From NCBI RefSeq assembly GCF_000018105.1, contig NC_009925.1, forward strand, positions 3,330,001-3,362,000: a stretch of DNA of 32,000 nucleotides, read 5' to 3'. Positions 1 through 9,002 of this stretch are shown piece by piece. Made by a program: the position numbers and the translations under genes. This stretch comes from Acaryochloris marina MBIC11017. Lineage in GTDB: Bacteria > Cyanobacteriota > Cyanobacteriia > Thermosynechococcales > Thermosynechococcaceae. How positions within the stretch are numbered: position 1 is the stretch's first letter; every line of letters starts with the position of its first letter. The notes below the pieces were generated by a model. It saw only the letters and a list, made by a program, of their open reading frames with translations. It was not told the DNA's origin and made no database searches.

Positions 1-3000
1 ACCCGCCTCCACAGAAGAGACTAATCTTCCTCCCCAAGCCCCTTCGGACGCTCCATCCCAGACTTTAGAAGAACCCGCACCTTCAGCCAGCCTCGACATC
101 CCCTACTTCGTCGATGCTGAATTTCGAGGCAGCACCCGTCGCCAATTTGGCGTGCTCAACCTTCGACTCCCCTTCTTCCAAGACGAGAAATCCTTCGCTT
201 TTGCCGACGTCCACTTTGAAGCAGGCAGCAACGAAACCTTCCTGGGGAACCTCGGTCTTGCCTATCGTCGCGTCCTCAATACCGCCGAAGAGAATCCCTG
301 GATCCTGGGCACCCATGCCTTCTACGACACCACCCGCAGTGAAAATGGCTTTCAATATCACCAAGGCAGCCTCGGCGCAGAACTCATTAGCAAGAAATTC
401 GAATTTCGAGTCAACGGCTACCTCCCCGGCAGTAACCCCAATACCGTTGGTCAACGCACCATCAATGATGTCCTCGGCATCCAGCCCAGAGCCAATGGCC
501 TAGGCACTAACATCGTCCGACAAGACATTACCCTCACCGCCCAAGAACGCGCCCTCGCAGGCTTTGATTTTGAAGTCGGTCATCGTCATCACTTTAGTGA
601 CAAAGTCAGCCTCGGTCTCTTTGGTGGCTATTTCTTCTTCGATAGCAGCGAAACCCTCAGCATCGATGGCCCCATGGCCCGTGCCCAACTCGAAGTCCAA
701 GACCCTTTAGGTATGAATGGGGGACTCCTCCAAGTCGGCAGCCGCTTCCGCTTCGATGAAACCCGTGGATCCGAACTCGAGGGCTTTGTCCGCCTCGGAA
801 TTCCCTTTGGTGGCCCCCAACGATCTGAACCTTTGAGCCTAACCCAGCGGTTAGCCCGCCGCCCCATTGAACGCCACTACGAAATCACCACCTTTGCTCA
901 GGACATCAACCGCCCCATCTCCCTTACCGAACTTCAAGCAGCCGTAGTTGGTCAAAGCACCCTCTCGCCCCTAGGCCCACAGATTTCCGCTATCACATCT
1001 CAAGTTGCTCTCAACCCTGCCACCGGACAACCCCTCAATATCTTCTTTGTGGATGGCGATGGCACAGCAGGTGATGGTACCCAAACCAATCCCTTGACAG
1101 TTGCCCAGGCTACTAGCTCCATTACCCAAGCGAATGACGTTTTATTTTTCTTAGATGATGCAGGCTCCATTGATACCCAGACAGGTCTAGGAAATTCCCT
1201 TACTCTCAAAACAGGACAACAGGCCCTTGGCATTGGCACCACCCCCAACTTTGTTTTCACCGTCCCCAATCTGGGTTCAGTCACTGTCTTCGATGCCGGA
1301 CAACCCCAACTGGTCAATGGGGCGAACAACAACGTCCTCACCCTTGCCAACAACAACACCATTGACGGTCTCGCCTTCAACGGGCAAAATACAGCTCCTC
1401 GGGGAATCGCCGCCGTTACAGGCGCCACCAACACCACCATCCGTAACAGCAACCTCAGCAATTTCACCGTCGCTGGCGTTCAGATCACCCCCTCCACCAA
1501 CACCATCATTGATAATGTGGTCTTCAACAACAACGCCACAGACGTTATCGTCAATGCCGCCAACACGACCTTAACCAACGTTGTAAGCAACAACGCCACA
1601 GGTCCCGCCATTCAGATCCTCAATGCCACAGGCACCACCACCCTCACCAATGTCAATATCTCCAATTCAGGTGGAGACGGTCTCCAGTTTGCCAACCCAT
1701 CAGGAACTATCACGGCCACTAATGTCGATATCACCAATGCTGACGATAACGGCCTAGAGATTACGAGCGGAGATGGCACCTTTATCTTTGATGCCACCAG
1801 CTCGATTACCGATACCACCAATGCGGCGCTCAATGTTGTAGGTGGCACCACCACGATTACTTATAACGGCACCATTACTCAAAACAATCCTGCGAGTGCG
1901 GTCAATATCACTGACAAGACAGGAAGCACTACGACCTTTAATGGTCTAGTCACGGCCAATACGAGTACGGCACCTGGAGTAAACCTGACAAATAATACAG
2001 GCAGTACCATTGCCTTTAATGGGGGCTTAGATATTGATACCACCACAGGGACTGGATTTAACGCCACCAATGGCGGTACCGTCAATGTCGCTGCCACAAG
2101 TGAAGATGAATCGGTCACCACAACCAGTGGTACTGCCCTGAATCTCAACAATATAGCGGCCAATATCACCTTTGATTCAGTGTCTTCGACTGGGGGAACG
2201 AATGGCATCAACCTGGATACAGTGATAGGTTCGGTGGGTGTATCTGGAACCACTACGATTGCCAACACCACTGGAGATGGGTTCTTAGCGACCAATAGTA
2301 CTGGAACCTATACCTTTGGTCCCGTAACCATCACCAATGCTGGGCTAGATGGCTTAGATCTCTCGGGAATTAATGATGCCACTACAGTGTTTAACTTGGG
2401 GGCATTGACGATTAATGGCTTTACGGGAACAGGAATTAATCTAGCGGGAGCGAATGTTGGTGTCACAGCTCCCACGGTAGCGATTACGAATACGGGCAAT
2501 GTGGGCACGGGGATTGACCTGACGAATACCACGGGCAATCGAGTGATTACCTTAGGTGATCCAACAAATACGGCTGGAGATACGCCCAGTTCGATTGCGG
2601 GGGTGAATGTTGGGGCGCAATTGAATAATGCCAATGCCAACTTTACCTTTGGCGATGGAGAGCAGACGACCGATACTCCCAGTACGATTGCAGCGACGAC
2701 TCCCATTGATGCTAGTGCGGTGGGGGCAAATGGTACCTATAACTTCCTGGATATTGCCTTTGCAGATAGCCCTGGCCTTCGGTTCTCAGATGTGTTCTAT
2801 GTGGATAATGTGCCCGGTGGTACAGGAACACGCACGAATCCAGCAGATGTGCCTTTAGGAGAGACGAATACTAATCCGAATGATGTGATTGTGTTGGTGG
2901 ATAATTCAGGCACAGATGTCATTGATGCTGCTGGGAGTAATGGGAATAATACGTTCCAATTACAGGATGGTCAGACGTTGGTGAGTTTCTTGAATGGTTC

Positions 3001-4555
3001 TGTGACGGTTGGGGCGGGGGGACCTGCCAATGTGCTGGCGAATATTACCATCACGGATCCCACGGGGAATGGAGCACCGACTTTAACAACGACTGGAGCT
3101 AATACCAATACGGTGACACTAGCCAATAACAACACCATTGATGGTGTGCAGATCGCAACGAATGCTACGAGGGTTGATGCAATTGATGGAACTAATATTG
3201 CTAGCATGACGATTCGGAATAGTGCGATCAGTAGCTCTAGGAGTGGAATTGAACTCACTAATCCTACAGGCACTGTGACCATAGAGAACAATCAAATTAC
3301 GGATGCCGGGTCTCGAGGTATCCATGTAAATGACTTTGCTGATACTGGGGAAGTTACGATTACTGTTGCCAATAATCAAGTCAATAATACGAATAATGAT
3401 GCGATTCATTTTGACACGATTAATAACGATGCTAATGTCACGATCACAGTTAATAACAATCGCATTGATGGTGGCAGTCGGAGAACTGATGATGGCATTG
3501 AGTTTGATGATATTGAAGGGAATGCAGTCGCCAATATTACGATTACCAATAATCAAATCACTGATGTTGCTTTCGAAGGGATCGAATTCGGTTTTTTTGA
3601 GAATAATGCTCAATCGACCATTTTGATTGACAACAACCAAATCACCAATGCAGGGGACATTGGTATTCAATTTGATGATTTAGAAAATAGAACTACTACG
3701 AATATCATCATCTCAAATAATATTCTGACTGATATTGATGAAGAGGGTATTGAGTTTGATTTGATTGAAAACTCGGCCGTGGCGAATATAACAATTGATA
3801 ATAATCAGATAACCAATACAAGCTTGGAAGGTATTGAGTTTGATGATATCGAAAATACTGCTACTGCCACTATCAGAATCTCAAATAATGTTCTCAATAC
3901 TATTGGGCAAGAAGGTATTGAATTTGGCTTTATTGAAAACTCATCCATGGCCAATATTACAATCGATAACAATCAAATAACTAATATAGCTACTGAGGGT
4001 ATTGAATTTGACGATATCCAAAATACTGCCACTGCTAATATTCAAATCGCCAATAATGTTTTTAACACTATTGGTCAAGAAGGGATTGAGTTTGACTTTA
4101 TTGAAAACTCAGCTGTGGCCAATATTACGATTGCAAATAATCAGATGAATAATTTAGGTGCAGATGGTATTGAGTTTGACGATATTGAAAATACTACCAC
4201 TGCCAATATCACGATTAGTGATAACACCATTAATGATGCTGGTGCTCATGGTGTTTTCTTTGACAGAATTGAACAGAATGCAAATGCAACAGTGACTCTG
4301 ACTGGCAATACGATTGCGAATCCAGGGGGAGATGGCATACAAGCAAGACATACGGCAAATACTAACTTCTGTTTGACCTTAAGTACCAACACTGTCAATA
4401 CTCCTGGTGGAGCTGGCTTTCATTTTATTAGTACTGGCGCAGGAGACTTTCAAATCGCAGATCGGGCCAATGTCCTGACTAATAACACAGGTGCCTTTAA
4501 TCCGGCTGATGTAGAGACCAATGCTAATTTTGCGAGTGTGGCAACTTGCCCATAG
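1..4555 (+). CDS. Large surface protein, 5' end outside window: inverse-autotransporter (intimin/invasin-type) outer-membrane beta-barrel followed by two right-handed parallel beta-helix passenger modules
   Basis: Frame 2 is open from nt 2 to the TAG at 4553-4555, so the listed GTG at 152 is internal and the true start lies upstream. nt ~95-900 encode LDIPYFVDAEFRG...FLGNLGLAYRRV...ILGTHAFYDTT...SLGAELISKKFEFRVNGYLP...ERALAGFDFEVGH...GGYFFFD. This fits my recollection of the inverse-autotransporter beta-domain consensus (GlGyR, G.NaFyD, lGaE, aNgYlP, GfDle). Two downstream modules each open with F(F/Y)VD...G.GT.TNP (nt ~1040 and ~2790). Both continue as T/N/G/I-rich 22-28-aa coils typical of parallel beta-helices. 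Confidence 0.8.
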   Translation, partial: PASTEETNLPPQAPSDAPSQTLEEPAPSASLDIPYFVDAEFRGSTRRQFGVLNLRLPFFQDEKSFAFADVHFEAGSNETFLGNLGLAYRRVLNTAEENPWILGTHAFYDTTRSENGFQYHQGSLGAELISKKFEFRVNGYLPGSNPNTVGQRTINDVLGIQPRANGLGTNIVRQDITLTAQERALAGFDFEVGHRHHFSDKVSLGLFGGYFFFDSSETLSIDGPMARAQLEVQDPLGMNGGLLQVGSRFRFDETRGSELEGFVRLGIPFGGPQRSEPLSLTQRLARRPIERHYEITTFAQDINRPISLTELQAAVVGQSTLSPLGPQISAITSQVALNPATGQPLNIFFVDGDGTAGDGTQTNPLTVAQATSSITQANDVLFFLDDAGSIDTQTGLGNSLTLKTGQQALGIGTTPNFVFTVPNLGSVTVFDAGQPQLVNGANNNVLTLANNNTIDGLAFNGQNTAPRGIAAVTGATNTTIRNSNLSNFTVAGVQITPSTNTIIDNVVFNNNATDVIVNAANTTLTNVVSNNATGPAIQILNATGTTTLTNVNISNSGGDGLQFANPSGTITATNVDITNADDNGLEITSGDGTFIFDATSSITDTTNAALNVVGGTTTITYNGTITQNNPASAVNITDKTGSTTTFNGLVTANTSTAPGVNLTNNTGSTIAFNGGLDIDTTTGTGFNATNGGTVNVAATSEDESVTTTSGTALNLNNIAANITFDSVSSTGGTNGINLDTVIGSVGVSGTTTIANTTGDGFLATNSTGTYTFGPVTITNAGLDGLDLSGINDATTVFNLGALTINGFTGTGINLAGANVGVTAPTVAITNTGNVGTGIDLTNTTGNRVITLGDPTNTAGDTPSSIAGVNVGAQLNNANANFTFGDGEQTTDTPSTIAATTPIDASAVGANGTYNFLDIAFADSPGLRFSDVFYVDNVPGGTGTRTNPADVPLGETNTNPNDVIVLVDNSGTDVIDAAGSNGNNTFQLQDGQTLVSFLNGSVTVGAGGPANVLANITITDPTGNGAPTLTTTGANTNTVTLANNNTIDGVQIATNATRVDAIDGTNIASMTIRNSAISSSRSGIELTNPTGTVTIENNQITDAGSRGIHVNDFADTGEVTITVANNQVNNTNNDAIHFDTINNDANVTITVNNNRIDGGSRRTDDGIEFDDIEGNAVANITITNNQITDVAFEGIEFGFFENNAQSTILIDNNQITNAGDIGIQFDDLENRTTTNIIISNNILTDIDEEGIEFDLIENSAVANITIDNNQITNTSLEGIEFDDIENTATATIRISNNVLNTIGQEGIEFGFIENSSMANITIDNNQITNIATEGIEFDDIQNTATANIQIANNVFNTIGQEGIEFDFIENSAVANITIANNQMNNLGADGIEFDDIENTTTANITISDNTINDAGAHGVFFDRIEQNANATVTLTGNTIANPGGDGIQARHTANTNFCLTLSTNTVNTPGGAGFHFISTGAGDFQIADRANVLTNNTGAFNPADVETNANFASVATCP
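3743..4246 (+). repeat. Three tandem copies of a 168-bp unit (two 84-bp / 28-aa sub-repeats each) inside the beta-helix gene; more diverged copies extend from ~3270 to ~4450
   Basis: Unit starts read directly at 3743 (gagggtattgagtttgatttgattgaaaactc), 3911 (gaaggtattgaatttggctttattgaaaactc) and 4079 (gaagggattgagtttgactttattgaaaactc), exactly 168 nt apart. Protein repeat: ANITI(D/A)NNQ(I/M)(T/N)N...(E/D)GIEFDDI(E/Q)NT(A/T)TA(T/N)I.I(S/A)NNV(L/F)NTIGQEGIEF(G/D)FIENS.. Confidence 0.9.
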
Positions 4556-4849
4556 ATCAAGCTGCTGACAATGGTTTTAATCATCATGAGATGATCGTTA
4601 ACATTGAGCTGGAATGATTTGTTGGTGTCTAATCTGCAATTTATGGGAGATGTATGGGAAATTTTTGCAGCCAGTCTAATTGCGTAAACCAGCTTCCTAG
4701 AGATACTTCCCTTAGATTATGAATTCCGATTAACCTCTTATGTTCTAGAGATCTCATAAATTCTGGGAGTAAGGATCAGATACCATCACTATCGCTTAAT
4801 CTGGTTGAGGTTCGATGAGTAATGAGAAGGGGCTGTATGGCACCTGTTA

Positions 4850-5752
4850 GTGGCAATGGATAATGCAGAACAGCTTACCCCTCAACTCACAGGTGATGGC
4901 TCCTTTACTTTTTATTCCACTGAGTTTGGAGAAACTTTCCATAGCCATTATGGAGCGCATCAGGAAGCCATAGGAAAATTTGTCTATCCCACCTTGCTGC
5001 CAGAAAAAGCGAAGCAGGGACCGATCAAGATTCTAGATGTTTGCTATGGCTTGGGGTATAACACTGCTTTGGCTTTGGAGACAATTTGGCAGGTTAACCC
5101 GGATTGCCAGGTTCAGGTTTATGCTCTCGAACTGAATCCCGTGGTACCGAGAGCTGCGATAGCCGAAGGCCGGTCTTTGACCATCGCAAATGCCGGATTG
5201 CAATCGTGGTCACCCCGAGTGCAGACCTATTTAAACACTTTGGCTCACGATCTAGAGATTCAATCCCCCGATTGTCAGGCACAATTACTTGTAGGTGATG
5301 CTCGTCAAACCCTTCAGGTGGTTCTGAAACAGCCGTTTCTCGCAGATGCGATTTTTCTCGATCCGTTTTCTCCCCCGAACTGTCCGCAGCTTTGGACCGT
5401 AGAGTTTTTTCAGCTGTTAAGGCAATGCCTCCATCCCCAAGGACGCTTAGCGACGTATTCCTGTGCAGCGGCGGTGCGGACGGGATTAATGTCAGCAGGA
5501 TTTGCGATCGCAGCCAGTCCCCCTGTGGGTCGGCGCACGACTGGAACCGTTGCCGGGTTCACCCTAACCGATTGCCTGGCCTTAACGCCTCAAGAGCAAG
5601 AGCATCTGCAAACGGTCGCCTCTATTCCTTATCACGATCCTCAGCTGATCGATCCTGCCTCTACCATTCTGAATCGACGCCAGCAAGCACAAAAACAGTC
5701 CTCTTTAGAACCCACCAAAGTTTGGAAAAAACGGTGGCAAAAGTCCTCCTAG
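4850..5752 (+). CDS. MnmC-family SAM-dependent methyltransferase (stand-alone tRNA mnm5s2U34 methyltransferase-like domain)
   Basis: N-terminus LTGDGSFTFYSTEFGETFHSHYGA, then ILDVCYGLGYNT (SAM motif I-like) and DAIFLDPFSPPNCPQLWTVEFFQLL...GRLATYSCAAAVRTGLMSAGF. This matches the remembered MnmC methyltransferase-domain consensus (DAwFLDGFaP.kNPemW...laTyt.Ag.VRr.L..aGF). Start is GTG 4850 or ATG 4856. Confidence 0.8.
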   Translation: MAMDNAEQLTPQLTGDGSFTFYSTEFGETFHSHYGAHQEAIGKFVYPTLLPEKAKQGPIKILDVCYGLGYNTALALETIWQVNPDCQVQVYALELNPVVPRAAIAEGRSLTIANAGLQSWSPRVQTYLNTLAHDLEIQSPDCQAQLLVGDARQTLQVVLKQPFLADAIFLDPFSPPNCPQLWTVEFFQLLRQCLHPQGRLATYSCAAAVRTGLMSAGFAIAASPPVGRRTTGTVAGFTLTDCLALTPQEQEHLQTVASIPYHDPQLIDPASTILNRRQQAQKQSSLEPTKVWKKRWQKSS

Positions 5753-5958
5753 GTAACAGTACATAAACAACTAAGACTTTCATGCCTCACCAAAGCCTGA
5801 AGTGATAGGCAAGAGAAGGCTCTAGGATTCAGTGATCCATCATGGCTGGGCTGATTAGGTTGTAATTGAGTGAAATAGCATAGAAACTTAGATTAAAGTG
5901 GGTTTAAAGTAAGGAATTAGCTTAGATATCGATTTATTTCTTCTGAAAAAAGGAATTT

Positions 5959-6978
5959 ATGAGTCAGACTCAGATCGAAAGTGGTTTAAGCCATGCTGAT
6001 TTACTGCAGCTTGTATTGCGTGGTTCTGATGTTTGGAATCAGTGGCGTACTGAAAACTCCCATGAGAGTATTAACCTGCCTCTGGCAGACCTCAGCGATG
6101 TCAGCCTTAGTAATGCCAATCTCAGCCATATCAACTTCAGCTTTGCCATCCTCGAAGGGACCGATTTAAGTGGTGCTGATCTTAGAGGTACCGATCTGAG
6201 TGAAGCGAATCTAAATAATGCCCACCTTGCCCGTGCCAATCTCAAAGGTGCCAAAATTTCGGATGAAACGCAGATTGATCCGAAATGGAGGTTAGTCCAT
6301 GTATTAGTGACAGAGGGGGGAGAGACCAAAGATCTCTGCAACGTTGACCTGCGTGCCGCCAATTTGCGGGATGCCATCCTCAACAGTGCTGATCTGAGTG
6401 GGGTGAACCTTAGTTGGTCTGACCTTTGCGAGGCTAACCTCAGTGATGCCATCTTGAGGGATGCGAATCTGATTTTGGCGATGCTTGAGCGTGCCAATCT
6501 CAATGGTGCGAACCTCAGCAATGCCAATCTTCGCAGTGCGAACTTGAGTTATACCAACCTCAGCAGTGCAGACCTCTTCGGTGCTGATCTGTTTGTTGCC
6601 AACTTGAGCAGTGCCAACCTGCGGGGAGCTGACTTCAATGGTGCGAACCTCAGCAACGCTAATTTGGATAGTGCCGATCTCAGCAATGCGAATCTCAGCA
6701 ATGCCAACCTGATCGGTGCTGATCTGAGTCATGTGAATCTCAGCAACGCCAGTCTCCGAGGCTCGAACTTTAGCAATGTGAATCTCAGCAATGCCAACCT
6801 AGACGGTGCCGACTTGAGCAATGCCAATTTCCGAGGGACGAACCTCAGTGGTGCGAATCTCAGCAATGCCAATCTGATCGACGCCGATCTTTTGGATGCC
6901 AACCTCTTCAATACCACTCTGGATGGTATTGACCTTTTTGAGACTACGCTCATGACATCAGCTGGGGCAAGGCGATGA
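5959..6978 (+). CDS. Pentapeptide-repeat protein
   Basis: Dozens of consecutive A(D/N)LSx pentads (ANLSNANLSNANLIGADLSHVNLSNASLRGSNFSNVNLSNANLDGADLSNANFRG...). AGGA sits 6 nt upstream of the ATG. Two repeat blocks are separated by a non-repeat insert (KISDETQIDPKWRLVHVLVTEGGETKDL). Confidence 0.95.
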   Translation: MSQTQIESGLSHADLLQLVLRGSDVWNQWRTENSHESINLPLADLSDVSLSNANLSHINFSFAILEGTDLSGADLRGTDLSEANLNNAHLARANLKGAKISDETQIDPKWRLVHVLVTEGGETKDLCNVDLRAANLRDAILNSADLSGVNLSWSDLCEANLSDAILRDANLILAMLERANLNGANLSNANLRSANLSYTNLSSADLFGADLFVANLSSANLRGADFNGANLSNANLDSADLSNANLSNANLIGADLSHVNLSNASLRGSNFSNVNLSNANLDGADLSNANFRGTNLSGANLSNANLIDADLLDANLFNTTLDGIDLFETTLMTSAGARR

Positions 6979-7010
6979 TACGAGCAAGGGTTAAAGGCTA
7001 ATCCCAATCC

Positions 7011-7778
7011 TTACTGAGTGCCTAAAAACTTTTGGTAATCCTTGGCAATGGATTCCACCGCTGCTTCATAGAGACTCCGCCCATGTTCTGGTGTCGCTAA
7101 AGACGGATCAGACCCCATGCGTCCATCCGGATAATGTTGGCGGAAATTGGCGGCGCCATAAATCGGATGTCCAGAGGCCACTTCAGGATTCAGAGGTGCA
7201 TCTTTAATGGCTTCAGGATAGACAAATTGGGTGACGGCCACTTCGCTGGGTGTTGCGTGGGAGCCTTCGCGATTGCCGTAGAGTTCTTTCGCCAACTGAT
7301 AGACCTGGGAATTCATATACCAGTTATTGAGGCGGCATCGGGTTTGATCCGCTTCCGGCAGGTTTAAATCCGCAATTGTGGCGTAGGTTTCTGAAAAAGC
7401 TGCTTTCAGGGTAGCAACATTCCCTCCATGACCATTGATAAAGAAAAACTGACGAAATCCCGCCCGCGCCAGACTCACCAAATAGTCTCGAATAACCAAC
7501 AGTAGAGTAGACGGACGCAGACTCATACTGCCAGGGAATTCGGTATGGTGGAGGGCCATGCCGACATTAATCGTCGGACCCACCAGGGCTTCGGTTGCTT
7601 CTCCGACCCCTTTAGCAATCACCTCGGCACAAATGGCATCCGTGCCAATCAACCCCGTAGGACCATGCTGTTCTGTGGAGCCAATCGGCATAATAATGCC
7701 TTGGGAACGTTGCAGATAAGTTTCAACTTCTAACCAGGTACAGAGATGAAGCTGCATAGGACTTCCTGTGGGGGACAT
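7011..7778 (-). CDS. Creatininase-family amidohydrolase
   Basis: IIMPIGSTEQHGPTGLIGTDAICAE matches the creatininase-family metal-binding motif (G..EqHG.hlPlgtD). Length ~250 aa is typical. The ATG at 7757 (MQLHL...) is preceded by GGAAG and may be the true start rather than 7778. Confidence 0.8.
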   Translation of the reverse strand: MSPTGSPMQLHLCTWLEVETYLQRSQGIIMPIGSTEQHGPTGLIGTDAICAEVIAKGVGEATEALVGPTINVGMALHHTEFPGSMSLRPSTLLLVIRDYLVSLARAGFRQFFFINGHGGNVATLKAAFSETYATIADLNLPEADQTRCRLNNWYMNSQVYQLAKELYGNREGSHATPSEVAVTQFVYPEAIKDAPLNPEVASGHPIYGAANFRQHYPDGRMGSDPSLATPEHGRSLYEAAVESIAKDYQKFLGTQ

Positions 7779-7802
7779 GTCATTCTATTGTGCCAGGTCT
7801 AT

Positions 7803-9002
7803 CTAAACCTGGAGGCGAACCTCAGTCACGCCCTGTCTGAGCTGCTGTTGCCGCCGCAGCCAAGAGGCTCGGATGATGGGGCCACTAAACGGTAAGGTCG
7901 CTTTGACGATCCCTCGTAATAGAGGGCTATGACGGAGGCGATCGCCTTGAGCGAGTTCTTCGTTTTGTAGGGTTTGCGCCTCAATAATTTCTGGTTCTCG
8001 CTCGGCTTGAATGGTGGGTAAAGCCTGAGCCAGCCTATCAAGGTCCACGGAGCCTTGCAGTATCGGCACCAGATGATTCGCTGCCACAATCACATCCCGG
8101 AGGGCCATATTAATCCCTTGGGCTCGAATTGGCGACATGGGATGGGCGGCATCTCCTAAGATGAGTAGCCCTGGCATTGACCAGTGAGGACAACGACCCA
8201 CCACTACAGACAGCAAGAGTGGACGTTCAATCTCTTGAGCATGTTGGAGTAGGTGCTGTGCTAACCAAGGTGGGGAAGCAGCGGCAATCTTGGGAGGCCA
8301 ATCTACCTGCTTCCAATCGGTCGGATCATCGTCATACAAAGCCCAGGCTAACTGTAAGCTGCCTTCCGCACTGCGAAATAAGCCCATCGTTTGGCAGCCA
8401 TGCACGATGGCATAAAAGATATTCTCTGGGGGAAGGCAGGAGCTATCTGCTAGCTTGAACCACAGTAAATCAATGGCATGGGATAGGGTTTCCATCTCTA
8501 GGTTGGCCTGCTGACGGACGAGGGAATTACGGCCATCTGCCCCGATTACCAAATCCGCTTCTAAGGTGCGACCATCTCCTAGCTGGACGCCATTAATTCG
8601 ATGCTCCTTGTGTAGTAATGCTTTGACAGCAGTGCCTGAAATCCACTCAAACTGGGGGTGCTGTTGGGCTTGTTTGACGAGTGCCTCTAGTAAATCGGGT
8701 TGTGATACTAAAGTGCAGGGCAGGGTATTGGCTTGGAACGGTTCGGAGGCTTGGAACATTCTGCGCCCTTCTAAGATATATTCCCAAGCCGTTAGGGCTT
8801 GGTGGGGTACTGTTTCAATCAGCCCCAATAATCCCATTTGTTCTAAAGCATCTAAGCCACTGGGCATCAGACCTTCACCCCGAAAAGTTCGTCGAAAGTT
8901 GCGGGCTGCTTCAACTAATGTGACGTCAATTCCTCGCTGAACGAGTATCAGTGCTAAAGCTGCCCCTGTGGGTCCAGCGCCGACAATGACAACCTTGGCC
9001 AT
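7803..9002 (-). CDS. FAD-dependent aromatic-ring monooxygenase family protein (UbiH/PheA-like fold)
   Basis: N-terminal Rossmann motif KVVIVGAGPTGAALAL...LVEA, DG motif GADGRNSLVR, and GD motif LGDAAHPMSPIRAQGINMALRD. Lies 24 nt upstream of the creatininase-family gene on the same strand. Confidence 0.85.
   Translation of the reverse strand: MAKVVIVGAGPTGAALALILVQRGIDVTLVEAARNFRRTFRGEGLMPSGLDALEQMGLLGLIETVPHQALTAWEYILEGRRMFQASEPFQANTLPCTLVSQPDLLEALVKQAQQHPQFEWISGTAVKALLHKEHRINGVQLGDGRTLEADLVIGADGRNSLVRQQANLEMETLSHAIDLLWFKLADSSCLPPENIFYAIVHGCQTMGLFRSAEGSLQLAWALYDDDPTDWKQVDWPPKIAAASPPWLAQHLLQHAQEIERPLLLSVVVGRCPHWSMPGLLILGDAAHPMSPIRAQGINMALRDVIVAANHLVPILQGSVDLDRLAQALPTIQAEREPEIIEAQTLQNEELAQGDRLRHSPLLRGIVKATLPFSGPIIRASWLRRQQQLRQGVTEVRLQV

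Noticed and set aside
83-4351. Many ORFs of 60-183 aa on both strands inside the giant beta-helix gene (for example 83..454-, 114..503+, 1000..1467-, 1879..2295-, 2308..2706-, 3119..3670-, 3330..3626+).
   Set aside because: All are fully nested in the 4.5-kb frame-2 ORF, which has coherent domain structure. Their translations are low-complexity (P/S/V/L or I/N-rich), the shadow frames expected from a T/N/G-codon-biased repetitive gene.
4809-4816. T-loop-like ggttcgat in the spacer before the MnmC-like gene, as a possible tRNA.
   Set aside because: No acceptor stem, D-arm or anticodon arm can be drawn around it. It is an isolated 8-mer.
3400-6940. Regularly spaced DNA repeats that could superficially suggest a CRISPR array (84/168-nt repeats at 3.4-4.3 kb; 15-nt periodic repeats at 6.1-6.9 kb).
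   Set aside because: Both sets lie inside long open reading frames. They have no unique spacers of constant length, and the repeats are translated into protein repeats. No cas genes are present.
6039-7007. Three antisense ORFs (6039..6527-, 6304..6732-, 6729..7007-) with repetitive LRxA/EVxT sequences.
   Set aside because: They are mirror frames of the pentapeptide-repeat gene. The 15-nt periodicity keeps the reverse frames open. The sense frame gives a textbook A(D/N)LSx protein with an SD and an ATG.
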